Shown: positions 13,041-25,199 of the stretch, one piece after another
Position numbering within the stretch: position 1 is the stretch's first letter
How the letters are laid out: the number at the start of each line of letters is the position of its first letter
NCBI GenBank assembly: GCA_013265495.1
Contig: MU058206.1
Span: 374,001-438,000, forward strand
Direction of reading: 5' to 3'
DNA from: Vicugna vicugna
Lineage: Eukaryota
Length of the DNA stretch: 64,000 nt
The notes under the pieces: generated by a model
What the model saw: only the letters and a program-made list of their open reading frames with translations
Database searches by the model: none
What the model was told of the DNA's origin: nothing
Program-made: the position numbers and the translations under genes

Positions 13041-16000
13041 TTAGAGCACCCTCCAACTTCTCCCTGATGCCTCCAACCACAGGACTCTCAAATACTTAAT
13101 GAGGACGGACTGTACACATGCAAGATGGAGGAGGCAAAGCTCCAAGAGATGAACCTGTCCCTCCAGAGTGCCTGATTCCAACGGAGGATGTGAAATAATC
13201 ACTCCATACAGGCAAAAGGAATTGGTGCCTAAGACAGTGGAGAATGTGCCTCCTTTGGAAAACTCTAATGATTAAAAGTGTCTTCCTTATATTAAACCTA
13301 AATATACATTCCTCCAACTTGCTGGCCTCAAAAATCACACAGAATCAGTCTGAAGCCCTTCACACTTTTGCAGACAATTCTCACGTCACACTGCCTGCTT
13401 TCCATAAGGCTGGTTGCCTTCTCTCTAAGGCTTGACTTCTGTCTACTCTGCTCTGGAAAAATCCAGAGAACCTCAATGTCAGGAGGCAAAGGTTCCAATC
13501 CCAGCTCTTCCATATACAGGTTGTGCAATGCTGGGCAAGGCCCTGAGCTATTCAGAGCATCGATTTCTTCATCTGTGAAATGGGGACAGGAAGACTTGCC
13601 CCACCTGACCAGGTGGTGAGGATTAGTTGAGACCCTCGGTGGAAAGTATTCCACATGTCACTGAGGGGCAGACCCTCACACGTGTCCCTGTACTTAGGAG
13701 GAGCTGAGGGTGGCTCCAGGATTCGCTGGAGAATGAAGATTGTCCTAAGCACCTAGATGTGCAGGACACAGTACCAGATGCCATGAGGACAAGGAGCTGA
13801 GGAAGACAGGGTCTCTGCTCTGCAGGAGCTTTCTGTCCTGGGAGTGACGCCTCCAGCCATCACCAAGTCCTCTAGGAACAAAAGCTTTATAATCAGGTTG
13901 GCTCTGGTACCCTCTGGGGAGATTAAGTGATGGGGACAAGCACATCTCCTGTGAGTGAGCTAAAGGAACCAACAGAAAGAGGAAGAGGAGGTAACTTATA
14001 TGAAACAACTATTATGCACCAGAGTAATTTACTTCACGACACTGTGAGGGTGGGTTTATTATTATGTCCATTGTACAGGTGAAGAAACTGAGGCACAGGG
14101 AAGTAGCATTTGCCCAAGTCAATAAGGTGTGGAGATAGGATTAGAACTCAGATTTGCCTGGCTCCCAAACTGATTTGCTCTCCTGGCTGCGCCATGGAAA
14201 AGGCCAGGATCTAGGGAGATGCTGCTCTTATAGCCTCTCACCTCTGAGGAGCAGCGGGAACGCAGGAAGGGACGAGGGACACTTTGGCAGGAACCTACCT
14301 CCTAAATGTCACCCTATGGCTTCCTATATCATCCCTGCCCCAGGATTTCTCATAAGTGTAAACAGAGGTACACCATTTCACTCACCCTCACCTATTCATT
14401 CAGTGCCTGGATCCCAAGCGTTTATCTCATTACCAGCCCTGTGCTGGAAACTGTGTTCCCCGCGGTGAAAGACCCCATCCCTGCCCTCAAGCAGCAAACC
14501 CATCCGAGAGCATCTGAGAGGGACAATGCCACCAGAGGGGTGGCTACAGTATGGGGGAGTCAGGAGGATATCTTAGAATCTGTGAACCGTCAAGGGAGGG
14601 AAGCAAAAATTGTATGTACAATACGATTCCATTCATGTAAGTTCATAAACAGGTGAAAGTAAGCAGATATAGGTGATGAAACTAAGGAAAAGCAGGGAAG
14701 TGATTAACATGAAATCTGGAATACCTAGGTGGCGGAGAGGATTACAGCCCAGAAGGACCGCTCAGTGGGGTTCCTGGGGAGCTGGCCGAGTCTTACTTCT
14801 TGCCTGGGTACCTAGTTTATAAATAGTCCTTAACTCTGTGTGCATGTGTGTATTTTATTTTAATTCACTCTCCTTTGTATTTTTTTCCACAGATTTAATA
14901 CACAGAAATTGAAAAATTCACTATTGGATGGGATCTAGGCTGACCTCCCACAGCACCCTATCCAGAACTGTGCCTACTAAGTGCTTAAAAGAGGATACTG
15001 GATTGCAGAAAATTTTGAAGGACCTGGAAGGAGGGTGCGTGGTCCAGCCAGATAGTAGGGGTGTGACCTCAGGTCTAGAGACAAGAACTTACGAAGGAGT
15101 TCGTTTGTTAACGAGAAGTTCTTGAGGACCCAGAGGATTTAGAGGTGTCTTTCCCATGACTGTCTGGATACCTTAGGGTCAGCAGTTCCCCAAACTGAAG
15201 CCTCAGACTCCAGAATTAACTTCCCTTTCCCTCAGCACCAAACCACAGGGCAGTACAAAGAGCACTGAGTCAGAGGCCTGGATTGGAAATCCAGCTCTGT
15301 ACACACTAGCCAGGTTTTCCCTGGCAAAGCACTTCACACCATGGCCTCAGTGTCTTCATCTGTAAAATGGGGCTAATAAACCACCTACTTCACAAGTTAC
15401 TATGAGGCCCCAGAGCAGTTATAGATGTGAAACTGCTTTAGGGACTCCTGTGTGCGAAGGTCATATTACTCAGGTATTGGTCCTCCTTCTCCCCTCCCAC
15501 TGCTATTTGGCAAGGAGGGCTCAGGATAAAGCCTTACTCTGATTTAGGAAGTCCCCAGCCTCAGCACCTCCAATCTTCTGGGCTTGTGATTTTCTGGGCC
15601 TGAGCTTAGGGTGATTCCAGGAGCAAGTTCCCCAAGTTGGAGGAAGCCCAGCTGGGGAGGTGGCATTCCAGGCGGCATGTCAGAGGGTGAGTCAGGGCTA
15701 GGGCGGCCTCTGCCTCCCCTGGCTCTTGGCTCAGGGCCCAGGCTGGGTTATTCTCATTTGCATACATCTGCATATATGTAAGTTTTACCCGCACCGCCTG
15801 GCAAGGCCCGAGGAAATACACCTGTGCAGGGGCATGAAGGGAAACCAGAGTGACTCTGCCTGCTGGAGCACCCGAACCAAGAATCTTGGTCCATGGTCTA
15901 TCCACCCATCAAATGCCTGAATCTCTGAAAAAGCCAAACACATGGCTTCTTCCCCAGGCCCCTCTGGTTGCCCAGGCCTGGAAATTTACAGTCATTCTTG

Positions 16001-16609
16001 CCTCTCTCGTCTTCCAGTACAGTCACTAGGCCCAGTAAAGTTTGTCTCAGAGCCACCCTTCTCACACTTCCCCTCCTTCCCATCACCTCTGCCACCAACC
16101 AACTGGGTCCCCCCCCCCACTTCACACATGACTTATTTTCAACAGCCTCCTAACTGGGCTCTCTGCCACCTGACTCTTCCCTTCTCAGCCTACTTTGAAC
16201 ACAAGCTGCTACAAGGAAGCCCTTCAGATCACATCCTGGTTGTCCCCACTTCCAACAGCCCCATTCTAAGTTCCTCGTTGTCATTGGAGGTCTTCCACAG
16301 TATGGAATCTCCTGGCTCAGTCTCAATTTCCCCACTTCCTTGCCTTCCAACCAAGTGTGTGTAGACCCTACTCACACCTTTTCTGTTTCTCAGTCTCCTC
16401 ATCTGTAAAATGGGGGATAATAATAGAACTCCCTTGAAGGGTTACTTGAAGATTTCAAGGAGCAAATGCATGTGAAACATAGCATATAAGCCCACAATAA
16501 ATATTGGCCATTATCGATATTATTTCTCTGACCACCTTGGTGCATTCATCTCCTGGGGTCCCCTCTTCCTCCTCAGCCCTTCAGGTGTTTCTTCAGGTAA
16601 GACAACCCC

Positions 16610-16830
16610 TTGGTAGTTAAGAGGACAAGCTGGCCTGGATTCCAATTCTAACTTGTGGACAAGTTACTCAAACTTTTTGTGCCTCCATTTCCTCATCTGT
16701 AAAGTGGGGGTAATATGAATACTTACCTCAGAGAATTTATGTGATAAATGAAATGATGCATGGAAGGGCTTAGCACAGTGCCTGGAACACAGAAAACACT
16801 TAATAAGTGTTAGCAGTGATTATCATTATT
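16610..16830. mobile_element. MIR SINE
   Basis: gtgcctccatttcctcatctgtaaagtgggg...gcttagcacagtgcctggaacacag. Confidence 0.7.
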
Positions 16831-17639
16831 GCATTACACAAGACACAAGGCCTCAGAATACCTGAAGTTCATCTTATCCTCCAAAGGTTCCAGAGGGTTC
16901 CTTAGATGTATTTTAAGGAACAGTGCCTCCACCTGGATCCCCCTGTGCATCCCACAGCCAAGGAACCACTACCCTCCCTTCCCCCACCCCTCTCCTGTGC
17001 ATAGCGCCTGAGGCAGCCAGTCGCCTATTAGGTTGGCTGGTGGTTAGGAGATGGGACAGGGTTTCCCCCTCCCCATTAGTTCTGGGGCACTTCCCACAAC
17101 CAGAATTTGGGCTGGGGAGGGCTTGTTTCCCCCAGAGTTTGGGAGCCGCCCCTTACCCTAGGTAGGGCCAAAACAGCTGCGGGTCGGGTGCACAAGCTGA
17201 GAAGGGTCTTCAGGGGAGGGGAGGGGCACACTGGTCTGAGAAGACGGAAAGGGTAACTCAGCTCAGTTCAGCTCCCCTCGGAGGCACAGCCCCCACCCCA
17301 TCCCGTAAGTACAAACCTGCCCCCATCTCTGCCCACTTCCGTGTCTTCCAGCCTTTTCCAGGCAGCAGTTGATGAACTTCTTGTGTTTGATCCGTTTCCA
17401 GTGGTAATTAATGGGGGTGATTGAGGACGGAGTGTAGATGGGGTAGGAGGAGCTGCGCGAGCCACCTCCCTCTCTTTAAACAGACCCAAGCGCTCAAGGG
17501 CCCCTCCTCTCGCCTTTGCGCCCCCAGCCCCCCTTAGCTGAGCCTGGTGGGGGAGGGTTTGGAAGAGAAGGGAAGAGCAGGGGAGGGACTGAGCTGTCTC
17601 TCACCCTCCCTCCTTGTCCACCCTCCCCCTACTCCAGGC

Positions 17640-19810
17640 CTGACGCCCCGGAGCCCCACGCGGTGGTACACATGGGGAAAGGCTGCCGGGTTTGGTTGCA
17701 GGAGGGGTGCAGGTTGTACTTGTGATTATTTCTCCCATTTGGGGGTGCGCCCGCGTGTTGGTCCCGCTAGCCTCCCCAAGGCAACATTCCCCCTCATTTT
17801 CCCAGGCCCGGCCTAGCAGAGGTAAAGCTATTCTCCTTCTCCCCGACCCCGCGGCCCAGGCTAGGATGCAGGGACTAGAACTACCGTTTTCTTGTGAAAG
17901 AAAAACATTCAGGATCTCAAAAGGGGCTAGTCCGGGAGTCAGAAAGTGAAACCAGTAACCACACAGTAACGTGCGTGTACCTGTGTGGTTGTGTGTGTGT
18001 GCTGAGGGTGTGGCGTGGTAGCCCACGGAGTGTGTACCGCGGCTGTTGGGTTATAGGAGTGTGTGTCTGTGTGTGCTGGTGCGCACACCCGCTTCTTCCC
18101 GTTTGTGCTCCCTGGACGGCCATTCCCACTCCAGCTACTTTCTACCAGCGGCTTCCCCCCAGGGCCGGGAGATGGAGATCGGCGGAACGCCCGAGGTTCT
18201 GGGCTAGGGTCCGGAAAGGTTTGGAGCACCCGGTCGAGCTGCCTTCGTTCGGAGCGCGCGAATTCGTTGCAGCCGGGTTGTCCTCTCAGCCTCCTGCCGG
18301 CTCTCGATGCTCCCCGAGGGCACCCGGCGCGCCGTTCTGCGGTCTGTCCGCCCACCAGGTCCAGCGCTGGAAAGCCAGTCCAGAACTCCCGCGCCCCCTA
18401 CCCGGCCGGTTTCCAGCTCCCGCGCGGGGCCGGGACCAAGGCCAGCCGCGTGGCTCCTTCACTGCGCAGGGCGGGGCCTCCAAGGCATATTCAAATCCGC
18501 CCCGATTTTTTATTAACTGTTTTCTTTTTAGGGGGCGATGGGGTGGGGATTACTTGGTCCAAGAGTGGTTCGTAGTTTTGTTTTGTTTTTAAAGTGTTTG
18601 GTGACCTCATATATGTGTGTACTTTAAACGTCCCAGTCAAGCCCAAATAGAAGACTTTTCCCAAACCAGAGGTGAACTTTGGAAATAAAGCAAAGACGCG
18701 GGGAGAGTGGCTGAGCACCGAGCACACCGGAGAACCTCGTGGGGAGCCCGCCTGCCGAGCAGTGCCCATATCTCGAGGAGTTGCTGACCTCAAGGTCTCC
18801 CCCTTCCCCGCCCGGAGAACTCCCAGGTGATCTGGAATATGAGGCAGGAACGCCAGTCACAGCGAAAGCTCTCTGTGGGAGCGTGGAGGTGAGCGCACCC
18901 GGAGAGCGGCGGGGCTGGCAGTGACCTCAGGAGCCAGCCCGCCGCGCCACCTGCGCCAGCGCCCATTCACTGCTTCATCACAAAGAAGAAAAGCAGCAAT
19001 AATCCATCCACATTTCAGGAAAAGTTAAATCCCAGTATGCGTGTGGCAGAGCACGTGGACCTCTACAGACTGCCCCTTCCCCGGCCTCGCCGAAGGTGGG
19101 GGGCTTTTACCACGGCTCTCCCGGCCCAACGGAGTGAGGATTCTTCACCTCCCCCAACCTCCACCAAACCGAATAATTTGCAAAGTTTCCCCAAACCGAG
19201 TTACTACGGAAGCCCTGCCAAATCGGACTTAAATTCCACAGAGAGCAGATGAAACTAAACTAAAATTTCGTTTAGGAACCGTGGGTGGGATGGAAGAGAA
19301 ACGGAGCGGATAATCCCGCAATGGCCGCCAAGGACCTTGGACCGGGGTCACGGTGAAAACTGCTCCCCAGGGCAGAACCATAGAGGTGCTGTGTGGAGAG
19401 CCTGCAGCGGGTTGCAGACCCCAGCGCCTGGCTTCTGTCGCAGACGCCCACCCTCCTTTGCTTAGGCGCGCGCTGTTCGCCCCCTACGAGCCCAGGGACT
19501 GTGCAGTGAGCCCTGTACCCACCGAGTGTCTGGAGTCGGGAAGGGGCACTCGTTCGGAGGGAGTTCCTGATTTCAAGGGAGAGTCCGAACTCTGGGTGTC
19601 TTCGAGTGAACATACTTCCCACCTCTGAGGGCGCTGATTCTGCGCCAAGCATCCTTACGGGATCCGGTGGGATTGCGTTTGCAAGGCGACTGCAAAGAGC
19701 CTGCAAACCGCCGTGCACCGCGCAGATATTTCATGTTCACTCACCGCGCCACGGTTGATTCCTGAGATCACGGTTGATTCCTCAACTTGGGACCCCGCTG
19801 GCGGCTCCCA
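17640..19810. promoter_or_regulatory. Upstream CpG island ~3-5 kb 5' of DLX4
   Basis: CpG-rich; no recognisable coding exon. Confidence 0.6.
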
Positions 19811-21949
19811 GGCCCTGACAGGTGTTCTCCAAGTGGGCCCCTTCCGCTAAGGGAGAGGACCTGAGTGAGAAAGAACTGGGAGAGTCACTTCTGGCTTTTG
19901 TGACAAGCAGAAGGCTGATGTATTGGTAGTGACAGGAGATAGTCCCTTGATTTTGCCTACTTACCTTACTTCCTCCCCTCCTCCAACTCCTCCTCCTCCA
20001 TTTTGGCTTTATTACTTTTGGGGATTTGTTTTTTTAAGTCATTCTAAAGTAAATGACAACAGCTTGGAGGTCTTAAGCGTAGCTCCCTCATTTTGCTAGA
20101 TAAAATGAGTCTCAGAGACTGGAAATGGCTGATTCAGGTTATTACAGCCAGCCAGTTCACGGCTGAGCTGGGATGGGAACCCAGGCCTCAGACTTCTCAG
20201 GCCAGCAGTCTCCCACTTCTGCTCAAACATAGGTTTACAGCCCTTCCTAAACCCCATGCCTATCCCTTCCACCTTTCCTCTCTCCCCAGGCTCCGAGGTT
20301 GGTGAGATGTGGCAACTGTCAGAGGCGAACCCTCCCTGGGGAGTCTGCATCTGAGGAGAACATGAAGTTTCCCAACAAGGTGCCCCAGCTCTACACTCTC
20401 CAGGATGTGGGAAGAGAGAGAGCCCTGAAGAGGGAGGTGATGATGGAGGGAGAGGTTTCCTTGTTTGTAAACTGGGGATAATAACAGTACCTACTTCATA
20501 GGTTTTCAGCAAAGATCAGAGGGCTTGGATGTTATGAGTATTTCATGAAGTCTAAAGGGCTGCAGGATGTTTCCTTCTGCTGCATGGAGGTGAGGATCCT
20601 GCATGAGGTCAGCGGGGACCCCGTGAGAACTTAGAAGAGGCTCTCACTATGGGTCTCCCGCCTTTGGAGGATGCCCAAAGTCAACAGGTACAGGGGTCTG
20701 CTGGTAAAGCCACCCCTGCTCTTTCTTGCTAGGTCTAGCTTGGAAAGGATTCTGGGTACTTGGCCCTTGGGAGGAAGTTCCACCTCAAAAGCACCTCCTT
20801 TGTGAAACCTTCCCTGACAGCCAACTCCACCCCGAAGGGCATCCTCTTCCTTTGGTGCATGCAGAGATGTCGTCCTTGGAACCCACCACAGTACTGTTGT
20901 GTGGCAGGGAGGAAGGTCTGGAAGGATATGTCCTTGAAAGTTCTTAGCTCCCGCTAAGGAAGTGGTGGCATGGCTGGAATTGGGTAAGAAAGGGGGAAAG
21001 GTGGTCCCATGTGGAAATAGCATTTCTCAACTAAGCAAACACTGCATATCCTGTTGGATGACAGGGGAGTGGGTTTCCAACTATTCAGAGGAGGGGGCTC
21101 CCCCGCAGAGCCCCTTCTACTGAAGCTCCAAGGCGTCAGGCTGGAGAACTCAGAGCCAGGTGCCAGAGGAGTGTTTTCTTGGAAAAAATCATCTCTATGA
21201 GGGAGTCCAATTTGAAGCCAACTTGCTCTTCCTCCCTTCAGGGCACCTGACTGCACACCCCAATCAATCTTTCTGTCTCTCCTGGCCACCCCCTAGTGCC
21301 TTCTCTTACTCTTCTAAGCTTCCCTCTTTCTCTGATCTTTGTCCTCTCCTACTCACCCACTCCCATGTTAAGACTGCTGCCTTCACTCTACACCCTGATA
21401 ATGAGAACACATGTGTATACAAACATGAATTGTCCACACACTCAAGTGAGAGAAGGTGTGTATATGGACATGCTAGGGAATCTGTAAGAACTTGTAGGTT
21501 TGTCCCTCCCCTAATATAAAGCAGCTTAGATATGCGTGGACTGATGTCTCTCATAGGATGGGTACAAGTACACAAATGTTGATATGCTTGGGTTTTCTGT
21601 ATTTTCAAGTGTATACACTGACAATTTGACTTGTATAGTTGTGGGTCTGTGTAAGAGACAACTCTAGTGCTTTTATTCAGGAGTATTGCTATTCATCTTC
21701 GGGTGTCTAAATGTGTGTACATCACAGCCCATATTCTGTATTTGTAGATCCATAAATGAACCTCTGTTCATGGAAGGATGTTAATGTGAACATCGGTGTA
21801 GACACCTGTGTGTTGGTATATGCTGTATTTGAATGGACTCTCTATGTATTTGTGTACCTGTCGCCATAAAGAGTGGTATATGTGGACACCTGCGCATCAA
21901 GGTCTTGGGTACTAATGTTTAGAAGCAGGCCCTGCACAAAGACTGGAAG

Positions 21950-23420
21950 GTGTGGCCACTGAGCCTGGCTTGCTGTATTTCCTGCGCCCTCCGAGGAGCC
22001 ATCAAATTGGACTTGCCTCCCACCCCCGGATTTTGTCCGGCTTCGTGCTGGGCTTCAGCCTCATGCGGCGCCAGGAAAGGCGGGGCGCCGCACGGGCAGA
22101 AGCCCAGACGCCGGATCCCTCCGGAGGCCTCGGGGGCCTGCAGAAGCTGTGGTGTCGCAACCAAACCCGGGCCCCTGCCGGAAGCGGAAGTCAGGACGGG
22201 GGGCGGTGAGGTGCAGTCGCTGCGGTCGCCGCATGCCAGGCCGAGGGCGCCCCGCTGGGGCGTGCGCGCCGCGCGCGTGCGGGGCAGGCTGGGCTCCGGG
22301 CGGTACCTCCTTTGCCCTGGCGTCTGTTTACCAACAAACTGCCTGCGACGCATTCCGACGCGCTGAATAAGCTGCCGGGCTGGTCTCGACTCACGGACTG
22401 AAAGTCCGTGGCGGCGGGATCACAGCTGCGGCGCGGATCCCTGAGAATCGGCGAGTGCGACCGCAGGTTCCCTGCGTTCCTGAAGCCGCAGCGCCTCCGC
22501 CACGGCGCTTCTCCCCTTGCCACTGGGGCATCGAGGCCACGTCAACTCCCTCGCTTTTCGGCCAGACTGCCCTAATCTCCTTGCAACCCCGGCACCCCTC
22601 AAGAAGCGGAACCCGAGCTGGATGGGCCTGGAGCGTGCGCACCGCTCTCCTCCCATCTCCCAGTTCCGAATTTCTCTACCCCTGGCTGCCCTGAGGGGGC
22701 GGGCCCCGGCCGCAGGCCTCCGTGAGGTCACCGCGTGCGGTAACCAATCCGCGGCGTCCAAGTGGGCGGGGACCCCCGTCGGGTCCCGGGAACCGAACCC
22801 AAGAACGAATTGGGGGGGCATGAATTTAGGGGGGAGGGGAAAAGCCATGGGGGCACCCCCCGGAACCCCTTTCCCAGGCGCGCGCTCTCTGCTAGAAGAG
22901 GCTCAGAAAGACACTTTCTCCCGGACAAGTGTGGGGGAGGCTGGGTTGGGGGGCTCATCCGGCCCCAACGCCCGAGGCTCGGAAAAGAGAGTTGGCTGAG
23001 AGAGCAGACTCCGTGCGGGGCCATGGCCTAGGCCCTTCGGCCTCGGCTCCGGCCGCAATGACCTCTTTGCCCTGCCCCCTCTCTGGCCCAGACGCCTCCA
23101 AAGTCGTCTTCCCGGAGATCGCCCCCGTCCCATCGGTAGTGGCTGCCTACCAGCTCGGCCTGTCCCCCACAACCGCAGCCGCCCCCGATTTGCCCTATTC
23201 CAGGCCATATGGCCACCTCCTGCCCTATCCCTACACCGGGCCAGCGACCCCCGGAGACCCCTACCTGCCCTACCAGCTACCCGCGGCGCAGTCTCTGCCG
23301 TCTCAGCAAGAGCGGGAGGCAGGTAAGTCGGGCCGCAGCGGTTCTTCCCAGGTCTGGGGTCCTGATCCAGTGAGCCCCTGAACTTCGCCCTCCCCTGGTT
23401 GGGCGCAGCTGGAGAGATTC
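21950..23420. promoter_or_regulatory. DLX4 promoter CpG island with GC boxes and CCAAT box
   Basis: Dense CpG; GGGGCGGGG near 22696, CCAAT at 22744-22748, GGGCGGGG near 22763, all upstream of the ATG at 23058. Confidence 0.8.
23058..23322 (+). CDS. DLX4: DLX4 homeobox protein, coding exon 1
   Basis: ATG at 23058 gives MTSLPCPLSGPDASKVVFPEIAPVPSVVAAYQLGLSPTT..., the recognisable DLX4 N-terminus. Ends at donor AG|GTAAGT (GT at 23323); 265 nt, phase 1. Confidence 0.96.
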
Positions 23421-25199
23421 AGACCTTACTTAGATTCCACGGGATCTGGGGGTGGGGGGAGGGCGAAGGGATGGGGCGGGAGAGGGGAAGGAGGGGCGGG
23501 GGCGAGGTGATCTAAGTCTCCTTTCAAACCGACCTGGTTTCGATTTGCAGTTGTGTGAAGCCGGGCGGCAGGGCTCCTTACCCAACCCCCTGGAGCAGCA
23601 GGAGTTGTGTACCAACTTGTAACGGAAAACTGAAACAATCCAGATGTGGGTGTAGGTGCCTAGCCCCTTCCAGAGGATTCGTTGCATCGTGCACTCCTTC
23701 CCTTCTTCATGTCGCCCCTCTCCGTGTTCTTGTCTCAGAAAGCAGTGCTCAAGCCAAAAAGCCTGGTAACTAGAAATTAGGTCACAGTGGAGGGCAGATG
23801 TGGGGGTTTATTCGGGGGCACCTCCCCTTCTCATCAGCGGGTCGGATGTGTCAGACCAACTCGGAAAACTGACCTGGTAGAAACTGGGGCTAAAACCCTA
23901 CTACCCATTGTTCTAAGAATGTAGCCACAGTTGGGTCAGGCATTCTCTCATTGTGGATCTCAGCCTTCCAGCCAAAGGAACTGGCCATTCCTGTCATCTC
24001 CACCCCTTACCTTTGGGGTAGGTTAGGCCCCAGTTCCACTGCCTGGAGCAACTCTGAGCTCCTGAGAAAGCACTCACTGGAAGGCCTCAAAGAAGCCAGG
24101 AAGCTGTGCCTTCCTGGTCCTGGGCCTTGAAGGAACAGTACCCATGCAACACTATACATAGACCCATCTATACTGGCTTGAGCTTAGACCTCAATTCCCC
24201 TGCACTCCCAGCCCCCAGCTAATTGCCCCGACAATTGTTTTTGGCACAATTTCCTCCAAGGATGCACATTCACTGGACAACTTAGCTGGAGTCAGCCCAG
24301 GACAAGATGTCCGCCTCTTTTCCCTTGTTGCTCTGCTGAGACATATGAGCTCATAAATGTCAGAGCCAGAAGTGACCCTAGAGTTCTGGGAGCTCAACCT
24401 TCTTGATGTACAAATGAGCAAACTGAGGTCCAAAGAAAAGGCATGCATAGGTCAAGAATATAGCCTGTTTTCCAGGGTAGGCCCTTACAAGTTGACTTGC
24501 ACTGCCTGGGGCCAGAGAATAGGATTTTAGGGAACTTCCTCAAAGCCCCCAAAAGTTAACTGCCTTTTGTGCCAGAACTGGGGCTGCCTCTTTCCCCTGC
24601 TGGGTCTGTTGCTGGAGGAGGAGCAGTTAGGGGGAGGGGAGGAGAACTACAAATGATCTAGTTTCTAAAAAACGAATCCCTTGGCCTCTTCTCTTCAATA
24701 TATGCTAATGTGATACATTAGTGTGTGCCTGTGTATCTCTTTAGTGGGTGGTATTCCTTATTCTCTTAAGGACAAGGTTATCCAAGAGAATTGCTGGAAT
24801 TGAGGTGGTTATTTTCAGTCCTGTCTTATACACTCTTGCCTTTCCTTTTCTTGGTCTAAGGCTCAGAGAGTGGAGGGTTTCTTTCCTTTACAGAATTTTC
24901 CCCGATCCAGCGAAAACTACACGTCCTTAGACTAGACTGTAACAATTTTCTGCTGAAACTAATGGGTTTGGCTCACTCTACATTAAATGATGGGATGTGA
25001 GAGAGGGCTCAGGGGTCTTCCTTTTGCCCCCACTTCATGTCGACCCCGGCCTCAGGGAGAGGTTTGGCTCCAAGTGAGATGCGTGCTACCACCCAGATGA
25101 GCAGGCAGGCGTGGAGCCGCCTCAAGGGACGCCCTTCGGCTCTAGAATCGCGACCTGGGCAGATCCAGTCGTGACTTGCTGCAACTGGTGTGGAGAAAA

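Noticed and set aside
15756..15763. Octamer ATTTGCAT
   Set aside because: A single 8-mer with no adjacent SOX half-site; not distinguishable from chance.
17894..18592. 232-aa ORF in the upstream CpG island
   Set aside because: GTG start, includes TG-repeat translation, low complexity; typical of GC-rich chance ORFs.
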